DNA from: Torpedo marmorata
Lineage: Eukaryota
Direction: 5' to 3'
Length of the DNA stretch: 64,000 bases
Assembly (NCBI GenBank): GCA_977017645.1
Contig: OZ360242.1
Coordinates: 46,810,001 to 46,874,000, forward strand
The notes under the pieces are model-generated. The model saw nothing but the letters and a program-made list of their open reading frames with translations. It was not told the origin of the DNA and did not search any database. This document shows, piece by piece, positions 37,501-48,589 of this stretch. Both the position numbers and the translations under genes were made by a program. Every line of letters begins with the position of its first letter. Position 1 is the first letter of the stretch.

Positions 37501-40500
37501 CTTTTGTGAAGAACAGGCGGTGAGATCCAAGCACACGCCTTAATCCAAAACGGATCTGAATTCACAATCCTTGTGAAAACACCAGGAGGGAAAGTCATCA
37601 GAGAAGAAAAGCAAGCCAAGTATTCGTAAGCATAAACAGTCATTGTCTCTCTCCAACGTTCATTAAGAAGTCCTGCTTGCCAGTGCACAGAGCTGAATTT
37701 GGACCCTGAACATAGAGTGAATTTTTGTGGACTGTATTTTTGGGACTGACTTGTTTTTTTTAATGACTGACCTGGGGTTTTTGGGGAAAGTTTTTCCATT
37801 TTTACATGAGGGTTGGGCACAGACTGTAATGGTCTGGGCTTTACACACACGCCTTTTAGATAAGAATAGTGTTTATAGACATTTATAGTGGGGTTAATTG
37901 TTGTGAAATTTTTTGTTTAATTGTCTTTAATAAATATAAATTTCAATTTTACCCCTTTTGCATTGCGTCTTCTGTCGTTGCTGGTTTGAATTTTGTAACA
38001 GGTGGCATTCTGGTATTGATGCTTGTGTTTGCAATTTTGGTCATGTAGGCAACTACAATTAAGTTCTGCCTTTGAGAAATCTCCAGAGTTCTGCCTCCAA
38101 GTTCATATGAGATTCACGGGAAATCTGTATTGCAGCTTTTAATGGGAACATAGCGAGTCATCAAATGATTAATATACATAAATTAAGTAGTCTAGTGAAA
38201 TTCTGCAGGTATCTTGATGTCCGGCGCTACTTACAAGCTCACAAATACAGTTGAAGTTAACAATATATTTTGTCAAGGCGACGTATTGTGCATGGACTTA
38301 TTTCAACTTTGTTCACTGTTTTCAGATTACCTCTCTCAGTGAACCTGTCTTCAAATAATCTTGCAAAAGAACTCCGTAAAGCAATCCAGGGTACAGTCCT
38401 TCCAGTCAGCAACAGAGGCAGCTGTTAGTGAGTATTAGAACTTAGTGCCCGCATCATGTGTTTCTGTGTTTAAGAGTGTCTTCTGGACCAAACTCTCAAA
38501 GTTGAAATATATTTTTCATTTACCAAATGGTTCTGAATGAGATGGATGAAAGAATGAATGTGTTAAAATCCAAGTTATTTGAAGTTGCAAATTGCTGTAC
38601 ACTTGCTTATGGGCAAATGAGGTGTGGCCAATTTTCAGATTTGTCATGTTTATTTTGCATTGAAATCTCATCCTGCGCACTTTCGGAGGTGCTGCGTTTT
38701 CCCAAGACTTAGTATCTTTTCTCGCTGTTACTTAATTGTGTGCTGAATTTCAGTGCCATTTTTCCCTAATTCTTGAACTTCAGTGTATGGTCTGTCGACT
38801 CGGTACATTAGAATGTTAATACAGAATTATACAGTATTGGTGCTGTTTCCTGCACTCACACAGAACTTGAAAATTCTGCCACGTTGCCAATTTTTACCAT
38901 CCTCTTGTTTTCATATGGTTCATCTCTGACTCTTCCCTTTTCTTTCTGGATCCCTGTCTCCATCTTGAGCAATTAACTGACAACGAACATTGATTCCAAG
39001 CCTACAAACTCTCTCAATCTTTGATATTTACTTTTTTTTCTCTCTCCATTTGCACAGCTTGATATAAAAATGTCGTACAGTTTTGCATTTGCAACATTTG
39101 TGTCGTGTGTTCTCGCTCTCAAATTATCCTCTGTACAAAGCCCTCATTCTTCAATCATTCACTCTTTTATTTAAGGAGGCCTGGTCTTAGACTTTTGGAA
39201 CATTCAATTCGCCCTATCCATCCCTTTCCCACCCTCCACTCTGCAACATGAAACTAACCTATATTTTCCCTTTCCATCTCTGGCAAAAGATTATTGATTC
39301 TCTTTCCATGGGTGTTGCCTGGTCTGCAGTTTGCTACCAATATTTCATCTTTCACTGATTCCTAATATCTGCAGTTTTTATTTTTTCACTTTCGAGAAGA
39401 ATGCACTGATTGTCATCTTTCATTGAATGTGTGCATTTTGTGTCTTTTTTTTTTTTTTTACCTGTTAGTTCTTCCCGGGTAGCTCACACGGGGATGAAGT
39501 TGGAGGAAGTAGTAGAAAATGTTACTGCTGCTATTCACACTATTGGAGTCAAGTTACCCCAGGTATGTTTAAAATTGCTCTTAATGAACTGGTGGTTTGG
39601 ATGATTTTACCTTCTTTTTCTCTCACTCTTCCTCCTTTTATTTTGTACAATGTTCTGATTTTTTTTTTTATCTTCAAGGGTGTAGAATAAAAGAATGTAG
39701 CAGTATGTTCTTTATGAGCAATTTAGATGCTGTGAACAAAATTGTGTATATTTAACTCAACTTTCCATTTTTATTTCTTAATTTATTTTATTTATTTTCA
39801 AATTTTTACCTTCCGTTTTTAAATTCAACTGTATGCATTGAAGAAATGGAAGATTATTTGCTTCACAATTAAAATTGCGTTTTGGTTGGTTATTCTCGTT
39901 TGAAGTGATAAAAAGTTTCCCTTTTTTGCCCACCATAGGCTACAAGAAAATTGTCAGCCTATTGCATCACCTAGCCCTGTATGATTAGAACATTTTGTTA
40001 AAAAAGTTTCTTAAGACTCTCTTATCAATGTGGTATTGCATTGTCAGAGAAATTTGTAATTCATGGCAAATTGAAATAAATGGAAAAGGACTTGGAATAA
40101 AATAAATACATTCTATCACCATTTGGAATGGCTACATTTGCAATGCAGCAAACTTTGAATTTTGGACAAAAATTGGAAATTGAATTTCAATCCGAGGCCA
40201 TTAGCATTCTCAAGCATATTTTCATTCTGTATCACTTGGCTTGGCAACTCATCATGCAGCATTGCTCATCCTATTCTATTGTATTATCCACCTTAATATC
40301 TTGCATGCTTTCCCATGTCTTGTACAGCATTGGTTTGAGGAAAGCAACTGATTTTATTTATCTCCCAAATAGCATAAGAGTTGTCTTGCATCTGACATTT
40401 CCTCACTTGCCTAAAAGTGTTTTTCTTTGGCCAAAGCAATGGAAAAATGTGAAAATACTTCACTTGAAAACCTTGTCTTCTCCTGCACTTCCTATATATA

Positions 40501-43500
40501 CGTCTGATATGTGTAACCTTGAGGAGCTTCAAAAGAAGAAATCCAAGAAACATAAAAAAACAGTAAGTTTTTCATATCTTTAAAAATGGGCATGGTGTAC
40601 ACTCGTCTACTATGTATAAAATATGAGGATCAGTTTCTGTTCATAACTTCTACGGCACAGATAAATGTACTAGGACTAGACAGAAGTTTGGAATGTTGGG
40701 GAGAAAGTAGGAGTGATGGGAATGAATCCTGAGACAATTACTGTCAATTAAATATTCTTGCGTTATCCTTCGAAGTTATCTGGGTAACTGATTTGTTTTT
40801 AAGCAACATCTCACAAATAGTCATAGATTGATCTTGGAATCTGTCTTGTGTTTGCATGAGGAGCAACTTGCCTGCTTTTAGAGTGGTGGGGTCTTTTATG
40901 TCTACCTGAAAAAATAACTGGACTTCATCCAAGTCATAGAAGCTCAGTACAACATTTCCTTTGCAGTTGTAGTTATGCTCTCAGAACTCTTGACTGGAGC
41001 TTGAACTTCTGAATTAGAAGCAAGAATATTACAATTGAAATCTCTTAACTGAAACTGTCAAGAGGCAATCTGTGGAATGACATGACGATGCAAGTTAAAT
41101 TCCTCTCCTGTGCTGACAGCCATGAGAAGTTTGTGGATGAGTTTTTCGTTTTTGATTATCCATTCAGCTCCATGTGTTGGTTCCTTTTATGTACCTTAAG
41201 GGGGCTGCACGGTTGGCGTGGTGGTTAGCGCAGCGCCAGCGATCGGGACCGGGGTTCGAATGCCGCACTCTTTAAAGAGTTTGTTCGTTCTCCCCGTGTC
41301 TGCATGGGTTTTCCCTGGGGGCTCCGATTTCCTCCCACCATTCTAAACGTACCGGGCGTGTAGGTTAATTGGGTGTAAATTGGGCGGCACGGACTCGTGG
41401 GCCGAAATGGCCTGTTACCGTGCTGTATGTCTAAATTTAATGATCAAGGTAAATCTCCTGTCTCTTTTTTCTTCCTCACCATTTCTATTCCACCTTAGAT
41501 TATGAACTTGCAACTTTCTCTCTGGTTGCTATCATTATCATCCCAACCACAAACAAAAAAAGACATTCTGACCATCCAAACTCTAATCTTTTCCTCTTAA
41601 GTCATTATTATTTCCCAAAGCCTGTGTATGTCTGGATAGGTCAGCTTTATATCATTTCTACTGTAGTGGTGCATTATCCCATCAACCTGCTCATTCTCCA
41701 ATGATTTTTCACTTTGACTAATTTGGTAGAATTCATTGATGTTATTTCTCATTTGATTTGACTAATTTCCTACATCTGTCTCACTTCAAGGCTGATACTG
41801 TTATCTCTGGAGTTCTTGGCCTCTTCATCAGTTAACATGCTGCTTATCTCTTGCGCTGTTGCTTTGGTTTATTCTCTTCGTTTTCTGATGGTACACAGGT
41901 CTACCAGTGCACTACCCCTGCATGACTACTGTTATCAGCTTATCCTTTACCTGGTTTTCGAAGAAAAATAATTTCCTGTAAGAGATCAGCCTTCTTGGGG
42001 CCAAGAGGGCTGAGGATGTTTAGCAGTTCAGTATATTTAAGACTTTGAGTCCAAATGGAATTGGGGAATGCGGAAGTCTGATGAGAAACTGAGCATATTG
42101 TATATTCAAGCTGTTATTAAAAGCTGTTCATTCCTTAAAGCTACTCCCAAAAAGTAAACAAAACTAATGTCAGCACGGACAACAGAATGATTTATTTTTC
42201 TGGGGGACACCAACATTATCTGCAACTACTGTGGTTGGAATCAAATAAATAAACAGTTTGCATCCCAGGAAAATCCTGCAATGCTGACCTTCAAGCCTCT
42301 TTTCAGCTTCAACATGAAGAAAATTTTTTTTCTTTGGGTGTACCGATCATTCTGGGAGTTATTGGGATAGGCTTCTAGTGTTTCTATGTGTGGATTAAAT
42401 TGCATGCATTGAATTGTGAATGTCTCTGTTACTGATATAGAAGCAGATTAAAACTTCATCAACTTTAGGAAGCTGGGTGGAGCACATGTATCAATAATGC
42501 TGAAGTGGAAATGGGGGGGGGGGGGAGAGCTTCAGGTTTTTAGGAGTAAATATCACCAACAGCCAATCCTGGTCCCACCATGTCAAAACGATTGCCAAGA
42601 AAACCCACTGACCCCTCTGCTTCCTCAGAGGTCGAAGGAAATAACACATACACCCAGTGTCCCAGACCAATTTTTATATAAAAAGCACCATAGAAAGTAA
42701 CCTGTTTGGATGCATCTCAGCGTGGTATGGGAACTGCTCTACCCAAGACCACAAACTTCAGAGAGATGTGAACACAACTCAGACCATTGTACAAACCAAC
42801 CTCCCCTCCATTGACTCTTATCTTCAACTCCCGCCCATTCCCGCTGCCTGGAAAAAGCAGCCAACATGTGAGAGGACTCGTCTCACCCTAGCCACACTCT
42901 CATGTCGGGTAGAAGATATTTTTTTTTTTTAAATATTTTATTTAAGTTTTTAAATCACACATTACATAAAATAATTTTCATATATTCTTTAAAAAAAAAA
43001 TATACATGTGATTACATTTTCTCCCCCCCTCGTCCCTCCCTCCCCTCCCTAACCCCTATACCCCTCTAATCTAGTTAAAATATATAAAATAATAATAGTA
43101 AGAGAAAAAGAAAAAGAAAAGATAAGAAAATAGAACGAGGAGTCAATGAACTTTAAAAAAAAAAACAAACTGATATATTTTAGAGGTTATTTCGCCGGTA
43201 GGTCTCATATCCAGAGAATTTACAATGTTAAACCCATAATCCTCGTATATGGGCCCCAAATTTTCAAAAAAGAATGATATTTATTTTGTAAATTATAAGT
43301 AATTTTTTCCAATGGTATACATGACCGTAACTCTGCATGCCATCGTTCTAGATTTAAATCAACATCCGATTTCCAAGTAATAGCTATACACTTTTTCGAA
43401 ACTGCTAATACTATACGTAAAAATTCTACTTGATACATATTCAATTTATGTCTAATACTAAATTTTTTAATATCTCCAAATAAAAATAACATAGGATCCA

Positions 43501-46500
43501 TTGTAATTTCAACACTAAAAATTCTTTCTAAAAAATTCTTAACTTTCAACCAGAAATCTTGAATTTTTGAACATAACCATGTACAATGTACAAAAGATCC
43601 TATTTCAGTTTTACATCTAAAACACATATCTGATAACACTGGATTAAATTTCTTCAATTTTTTAGGTGTCAAATACAATTGATGAAAAAAATTATATTGT
43701 ACTAATCTATATCTCACATTAATAACTTTTGTCATACTTAATTTACATAAATCTTTCCAATGATTTTCGTCTATATTAATATTCAAATCTGATTCCCATT
43801 TCAATCTAGACTTATGTTCTCCTACTTTAAGCATCTTTCTTTGAAACAACTTATACATTTGTGATATAAATTTACTAATATTAACTTTAATAATTAGTGA
43901 TTCCAATTCATTTTGTCCTGGTACTATTAATTCATTCCCTAGTCTCTCAATCAAAAAAGCTTTAACTTGAAAATAAACTAACATTGTATTATCTAATATA
44001 TTAAATTTTTCTTTTAACCTCTGGAAGGTAACAAATCTACCTGCTTCAAAACAATCTTTTAATGTGTTTATTCCCTTTAAAAACCATAACTTAAGTAACT
44101 GATTATCCATAGAAAATGGTAAAAGCGGGTTCTGATATATTGGTGTATTTAAGGAAATTAATCCTTTTTGACCTATCTCCTTATCTACTTGTGACCAAAT
44201 TTCCAACAAATGCTTAATAATTGGTGTTTTTTTCTTTTTAAGTATTAATAATTTAGAATTCCATTTATAAATAATATCTTCTTTATGTGTTTCTCCCATA
44301 TTATTTAATTCTATATTAATCCAAGCAGAAGATTTATTTAAATCAAAGAATTCATTAACAAATTTTAACTGAGCTGCTTTATAATAATATTGAAAATTAG
44401 GAAGTTGTAATCCTCCCATCTCATAATTCCATGTTAATTTATCTATACTTACTCTTGCTAACTTTCCTTTCCATAAAAATTTCCTAATAATAAATTTTAA
44501 ATCTTTAAAAAATTTATTTGGAATACCATAAGGAATCGATTGAAAAAGATATTGAATTCTTGGAAAAACATTCATTTTAATACAATTTACTCTTCCCATC
44601 AACGTTATAGGTAAGTCTTTCCAAAGTTCTAGATCTTTTTTTATTTTCGTAAATAAAGGTATATAGTTTAACTTATACAAATTTTCCAATTTTGTATCCA
44701 CTTTAACTCCCAAATATTTAATACTCTCTGTAGTCCATTTAAAATCTGTAACTTCTTTACATCTAGTATAGCCCTCTTGTGATAAAGCCAAAATCTCACT
44801 TTTATCTGAATTAATTTTATATCCTGATATCTCACCATATTCTGTCAATATAATAGCTAATTGTTGAAGTGATGTAACAGATTTTGTCATATATATTAAT
44901 ACATCATCTGCGAACAAACTAATCTTATGCTCTTCCCTACCAACCTTTATTCCCATTATATTTATATCTTCTCTAATCATTTCTGCTAAAGGTTCTATTA
45001 CCAACACAAACAAAGCTGGTGATAAAGGGCATCCCTGTCGTGTAGATCTTGATAATAAGAATTTTTGGGGTAGAAGATATTTGAATTTGAAACGTGCACC
45101 TCCAGATTCAAGCACAGTTTTTGTTTTTTTTTCCCCTGCTGTCATTAGACTCTTGAACAGACCTCCCATGAGTAAGATGATGCCTTACACAGTTTAATTG
45201 TACTTTTCTCTTTGACACCATACTCTGCACTTCTGTTTATTTTTCTACTCCCACTACCTGCTGTGCTGTGCATTGGTGACTTGCCTGGATAGAACATAAA
45301 GTTTTTTTCGCTACCTTGAAAGGCGTGATATTAAACAAATGAATTCAGCTCTTAAACATTAGTTTCCTTGCATGGAAGTAAGCACTTCTTCAGAGGTGCA
45401 TCTCCAACATGAAGAATGCTGCAAATAAAAATAACCTAGCTCCGAGACAGCCTATGTTGAACGATGAATGAAATATTCTACTTAGTATTTTAGGGAGAGT
45501 GGGAAAGTCACAGTTGTGTTTTGAGAAGACCTGATTTCTGAGAAATATCCTTTTCTGGAAAATACTCAGACAGCAGAAGTCATGAGATGAGCTGCTTGGA
45601 AGCAGAGTAAATTGGTGGGAAATGTAACGGTGTAATTGTGCTTGGAGGTGATTGTTTGACAAAGTGGTGCGAAGTCTCATTGTTTTAAATAGAACACTTC
45701 TTTTAATCAGAATAAACACAAGAAAGCAGCAAAAGTTAAGAATTTGGAAGTTTCAACTGACGTACTGTCATCTGAGGCCAGCAATGTTCCTGTTAAGGCT
45801 GTGAAAGAAAACTCAGAAAACACAAAACCTTCTGTTGCCATAAAACGTTGTGTAGAAGAAGAAATACCACAACTGATTCCAATTGAAAAGCAAACGCCTG
45901 CAAAGAAAGCAAAACTGCAAGTATGTTGCATAGTTAATATTTTTTCTGCTTTGCTCTCTCTCTCTAATCGTGCTCTTCATGATATTCCTGTGTAAAAGTA
46001 CCATTGGTGTGTTCATTATGAATTATAAATTGTGTATCTAAATGTTTGGCCAGATTATCTGGGCAGTTACTGTAAAATAGAGAAAGAGTTGAAGCAAGAG
46101 GAGTAAAATTAAAAACAACAAATGGAGTTATGGCATAGGTTATGGTGGAGAGGCACAAGGAGGTGGAGAGCAAAAATTAGGGAGAAAGAAAAGGACAGGG
46201 CGAGAAGAAAGAATGACAGAGGGCACTGAGAAAGAGATGGGTAGACGAAAATGTAGAAGGAGGGGGGAAAGTGAGTCACACTGAAAAACTGGTGGGGAAT
46301 GAGAAAGTAAAGCAGAGAAAGGTATTGAAAATGGAGGAGGGTGAGAAAGACAAACAAATAGAAACTGAAAATAGAATTATTTTAGTATTGAGGAAGGATA
46401 GAACACGAAAGGAGAACGACAGAAACAAACTAAGGGAGAGTGAAAGTTTGAAGATAAAATCAATGTGACTTGGCAAAATACATGGACACGGGAATAAACA

Positions 46501-47386
46501 GGAGGGAAAACAGAACCAGAGAGAGAATAAGATGCACATGTTCAGGGCAATAAGAGCAAGAACGGCACAAATGGAATTGCTCTGCTGGGTGCGAGCATGG
46601 TCCCAATGAGTTGTCAAAAGAAAGAAATTGTGAAGAGAAAGAAAGGAAATAAATACACGTGAAAGAAGAGAAAAAAACTGAGAGCTTGGGAACCGAATCG
46701 ACAAAGTGACAGTGTGAAATAACAGTCAATAAAAAGTACCAAGTAATGAGTTAGTTTGGTCGTTGGTATAGCTTTCACTTGAAGGATTTTTTTGCCAGTG
46801 TTGCCCTGTAGAAAGCTACAGTACTATTTATGATTAGCAGAAACCAAGCAATACTTTTAGTTGATTTGGTTGTACTAGCAGTGAAGAATTGAATACGACA
46901 GAATTTAAATTGTTATATGAATAAGGACACTTACTATTAATTTGAAATGAATTACTTTCCCCTATGGAAGTTGGATGTCATTACAACCTAGTCTATTTTT
47001 TTCTGTTTTGCATCGTTTGTTTATTACAGGGTACCTCTATTTCATTTTTGTCTGAGCAGAAATTACAAGGAGAGAACCACAATATACCAAAGGCACTTGA
47101 TGAAAATGAGACTCCAGTTGGTAAGAAATCACAGCAAATAAAATGCAAACAAACACCGGCAAAGACACCTAACAAGAATCAAGGAAGTCCAAAGCTGAAG
47201 ACCCCAGGGAAAAAAAGACACGGCTTTCAAACTCCAAAACTAAAATTGAAAGAAAATGACTGCAGTTTGGAGAGAAGTTCTCAAAAGAAAAAAGCTAAAA
47301 AACCTGGGAGGAAGTCAATAGGAATTCCAAACTCGATGAAAACCCCCAAACAGAAACCGAAACAAAAGGTTCCAAAGTCTGTATGA
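22319..47386 (+). CDS. RSL1D1: Ribosomal L1 domain-containing protein 1, whole gene span (9 coding exons, 1566 nt, 521 aa)
   Basis: Nine GT-AG exons join in phase (249+140+139+149+102+94+126+210+357 nt). The translation matches RSL1D1 motifs: [93 protein letters not shown]-terminal KVPKSV. Confidence 0.96.
22921..23125. mobile_element. Palindromic (foldback) element built from two inverted Penelope-type terminal repeats
   Basis: Arm 22980-23033 is the near-perfect reverse complement of 23047-23100. The sequence matches the tail of the GIY-YIG fragment at 23934-24070. Confidence 0.7.
23488..24075 (+). mobile_element. 5'-truncated Penelope-like element: GIY-YIG endonuclease C-terminus, polypyrimidine tract and terminal repeat with hammerhead-like motif
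   Basis: [17 protein letters not shown]...PVANHFN..SH...[20 protein letters not shown] is the typical PLE GIY-YIG end (stop at 23742). It is followed by a CT-rich tract and TTGATGAAGGGCTCAAGCCCGAAACGTC. Confidence 0.88.
23928..23968 (+). ncRNA. Minimal hammerhead-ribozyme-like motif (variant core UUGAUGA)
   Basis: TTGATGA-A-[GGGC TCAA GCCC]-GAAA-CG-TC gives core boxes, helix II and the short GAAACGUC helix III known from PLE hammerheads. C3 is replaced by U, so activity is uncertain. Confidence 0.55.
24790..24929 (+). CDS. RSL1D1: RSL1D1 exon 2 ([46 protein letters not shown])
   Basis: Acceptor tttcatcAG, donor GTAAGT, 140 nt, phase 0 to 2. Confidence 0.93.
25830..26595 (+). mobile_element. 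Decayed CR1-like LINE 3' end, interrupted by a younger insertion
   Basis: CR1-type 3' text (TTGTTTCTCTGGAGCATAGGAGG...GGGCCAAAGGGCCTGTTCCTGTGCTGTACT) resumes after 26462. Confidence 0.6.
26076..26462 (-). mobile_element. Non-coding retroelement (SINE-like, LINE-type 3' tail), copy 1 of 3
   Basis: Shares TCAAGATTCAATTTATTGTCAT...GAGAAAGAGAAGCAAAAGAGA...CAGTCCAAACCATCGGCAAC with the copies at 49295 and 52607. Confidence 0.7.
29095..29233 (+). CDS. RSL1D1: RSL1D1 exon 3 ([46 protein letters not shown])
   Basis: Acceptor ttttttgtAG, donor GTAAGA, 139 nt. Confidence 0.95.
29401..29626 (+). mobile_element. tRNA-derived SINE with V-SINE-like central domain and A-tail
   Basis: B-box GGTTCGAATC, central CGTGGGTTTCC...TTTCCTCCCAC, CR1-like tail GGGCCGAAAGGGCCTGTT and poly(A). 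Homologous to 41200-41440. Confidence 0.8.
30509..30657 (+). CDS. RSL1D1: RSL1D1 exon 4 ([49 protein letters not shown])
   Basis: Acceptor tttgttAG, donor GTAAGT, 149 nt. Confidence 0.96.
31257..32029 (+). repeat. 5' LTR (lacks about 160 bp present at the start of the 3' LTR)
   Basis: Highly similar to 37223-38000; ends TTTTGTAACA. Confidence 0.9.
32034..32051 (+). other. Primer-binding site complementary to the tRNA-Pro 3' end
   Basis: TGGGGGCTCGTCTGGGAT differs by one base from the canonical Pro PBS TGGGGGCTCGTCCGGGAT and lies 4 nt after the LTR. Confidence 0.9.
32164..34186 (+). pseudogene. gag-protease region (coiled-coil repeat, capsid/SCAN-like region, CCHC zinc knuckle, aspartic protease), disrupted
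   Basis: [65 protein letters not shown]. Frameshift near 32682 and in-frame TAA at 32933-32935. Confidence 0.9.
32392..32727 (+). repeat. 27-bp coding tandem repeat TTGGAACAAAAGAAA(TT/AG)AGACAGGGAA (LEQKKLDRE / LEQKKRDRE), about 12 units, in gag
   Basis: Directly visible; one unit has a 2-nt deletion that shifts the frame. Confidence 0.95.
34392..35255 (+). pseudogene. Integrase (HHCC zinc-binding domain plus DDE core), upstream of RT
   Basis: [15 protein letters not shown]...[40 protein letters not shown]. Confidence 0.93.
35372..36936 (+). pseudogene. Reverse transcriptase and RNase H, disrupted
   Basis: [44 protein letters not shown] (decayed YxDD), AVDASD, and VYTDHNPL and N.IADCLSR read across frameshifts. 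Confidence 0.92.
37062..38000 (+). repeat. 3' LTR, 939 bp, TGTTA...TAACA termini, preceded by a polypurine tract
   Basis: PPT GGGTGGGAGG at 37052-37061; 5-bp inverted termini; AATAAA near 37929. Confidence 0.93.
38326..38427 (+). CDS. RSL1D1: RSL1D1 exon 5 ([33 protein letters not shown])
   Basis: Acceptor ttttcAG, donor GTGAGT, 102 nt. Confidence 0.95.
39469..39562 (+). CDS. RSL1D1: RSL1D1 exon 6 ([31 protein letters not shown])
   Basis: Long poly-T tract then cctgttAG, donor GTATGT, 94 nt. Confidence 0.95.
40437..40562 (+). CDS. RSL1D1: RSL1D1 exon 7 ([42 protein letters not shown])
   Basis: Acceptor ggccaaAG, donor GTAAGT, 126 nt. Confidence 0.92.
41200..41440 (+). mobile_element. tRNA-derived V-SINE-like element, second copy
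   Basis: GGGGCTGCACGGTTGGCGTGGTGGTTAGCGC head, GGTTCGAAT B-box, and the same central domain and tail as 29401-29626. Confidence 0.8.
42480..42906 (+). mobile_element. Old Rex1/Babar-like LINE 3' fragment (continues at 45083-45340), split by the L1 insertion
   Basis: [39 protein letters not shown] resembles the C-terminus of Rex-Babar RT ORFs. Confidence 0.65.
42922..45067 (-). mobile_element. 5'-truncated L1-clade LINE with uninterrupted ORF2 3' half, poly(A) tail and 15-bp TSD, in RSL1D1 intron 7
   Basis: [31 protein letters not shown]...H..W.C; stop at 43220. TSD GGGTAGAAGATATTT at 42907-42921 and 45068-45082. Confidence 0.95.
45711..45920 (+). CDS. RSL1D1: RSL1D1 exon 8 (NKHKKAAKV...[22 protein letters not shown])
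   Basis: Acceptor ttttaatcAG, donor GTATGT, 210 nt; conserved EIPQL.PI motif. Confidence 0.9.
47030..47386 (+). CDS. RSL1D1: RSL1D1 exon 9, lysine/TP-rich tail ending KVPKSV*
   Basis: Acceptor ttattacAG, in frame to TGA. An alternative in-frame acceptor at 47060 cannot be excluded. Confidence 0.88.
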   Translation, partial: GTSISFLSEQKLQGENHNIPKALDENETPVGKKSQQIKCKQTPAKTPNKNQGSPKLKTPGKKRHGFQTPKLKLKENDCSLERSSQKKKAKKPGRKSIGIPNSMKTPKQKPKQKVPKSV

Positions 47387-47602
47387 ATTTTACCCATGTA
47401 TTTTTAAGTAGTGTAAATCGCTTTAATTCAAAAACTGCCAAATAATTTTTTATCCAAGTAATCTGAAGAAGCATTGTATGGATTTCTAACTGCTTAAATA
47501 CAAATGAAACCATTTAATGGTATAAATTAGATTTTTCATCACATGAAAACCTCTCTAGTTGGTCTTATTTGTATAAATATGTAATTGTGTATCAGTCATG
47601 GT

Positions 47603-47608
47603 AATAAA
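47603..47608 (+). terminator. Candidate polyadenylation signal for RSL1D1
   Basis: First AATAAA noticed downstream of the stop codon (about 215 nt). Confidence 0.5.
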
Positions 47609-48124
47609 GAACAAGTTGCTAACTTCAAAATTTTACACTAAATTGAAAGGAATTGTCATTTTTGAACCAATAATATAATTTCACAGTCATCACACCTTTA
47701 TTTCTCTGCTAACTGTTCTAGCCTTGCCGTATATTTTCCTTGGCCCATCTGCAATTTTCTAACCAAGGGACATGGGTTTGGTGTGTTTCAATAACATGCT
47801 CAGAATGGATGATAATTGAATGCCTTAACTTCATCCCCCATTTTCATTCTTTGCTCTTCTTTGGAATAACAAAGAAAATTGACCTCAATATAGTAGACTT
47901 GCTGATGATTTGGTAGAGACAGGTATCCATTGCACAGAATGAATTACTTATCAACACCATTGCAGAAGAAGTGCATTGACAAAGGAATGAACAAATGGCT
48001 ATTTGTTCCCTAAATTTTGGTATCAACTAAGGTTCTGCATTATAAACTTGAGCAGAAGCATTTCTCATGTATCTGTGTGGCAGTTGAATCAGGCAAATCT
48101 GTTAAATTTTAATCTCTCGGTGTA

Positions 48125-48589
48125 CCGTATTTTTACGCATATAACGTATGCGTTTTTTACAAACCAGGTACCTCCCGCGCGTTATATTCGTGTGCGTGCT
48201 GTACGAGAATATTTTTACATGTTGAAACAACACGCACAATTTAAATCATGACAGAATTAAATCCTGCTTAACTGAAGCCTGTCTTTGATCTATTTAATTG
48301 ATTTCTCTCCAAAGCTTGTTAATGTGTTGTAGGAGGATATCATCTATATAATGGGCGATTAACACCACTGAGGGGAGTTGAATGGGTGTAAATCGCGGGA
48401 GATTAACTGGCAGATACTGGGACTATGGAATGTGTTTTGTCTCCCAATTAAATGCAAATTGCTTTTGTCAGTCGGAATTTAGAATACTACACCCGCGCGG
48501 TATATGCGTGTGCGCTATACGAAAATATTTTAACAAAATTTATGATTTTGTGTGGTATATGCGTGTGCGTGTTATGAGTGAAAATACGG
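48125..48589. mobile_element. Non-autonomous Tc1/mariner-superfamily (pogo/Tc2-like) MITE
   Basis: TA|CCGTATTTT...AAAATACGG|TA inverted termini with TA duplication; subterminal direct repeats CCCGCGCG(T/G)TATAT(T/G)CGTGTGCG. Confidence 0.8.

Larger units (their letters stand above)
31257..38000 (+). mobile_element. Near full-length, inactivated Gmr1-type Ty3/gypsy LTR retrotransposon in RSL1D1 intron 4
   Basis: Paired LTRs, PBS, gag with CCHC knuckle, protease, integrase, RT, RNase H and PPT, with several stops and frameshifts. Confidence 0.95.

Noticed and set aside
31169-37850. Duplicated ORFs at 31169-31723 and 37122-37850 as an accessory or env gene
   Set aside because: They lie within the two LTRs, differ in start and length between copies, and show no recognisable domain.
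46080-46735. Purine-rich stretch with short K/E/R-rich and F/L/S-rich ORFs in intron 8
   Set aside because: Low-complexity GA-rich DNA; exons 8 and 9 join in phase without it.
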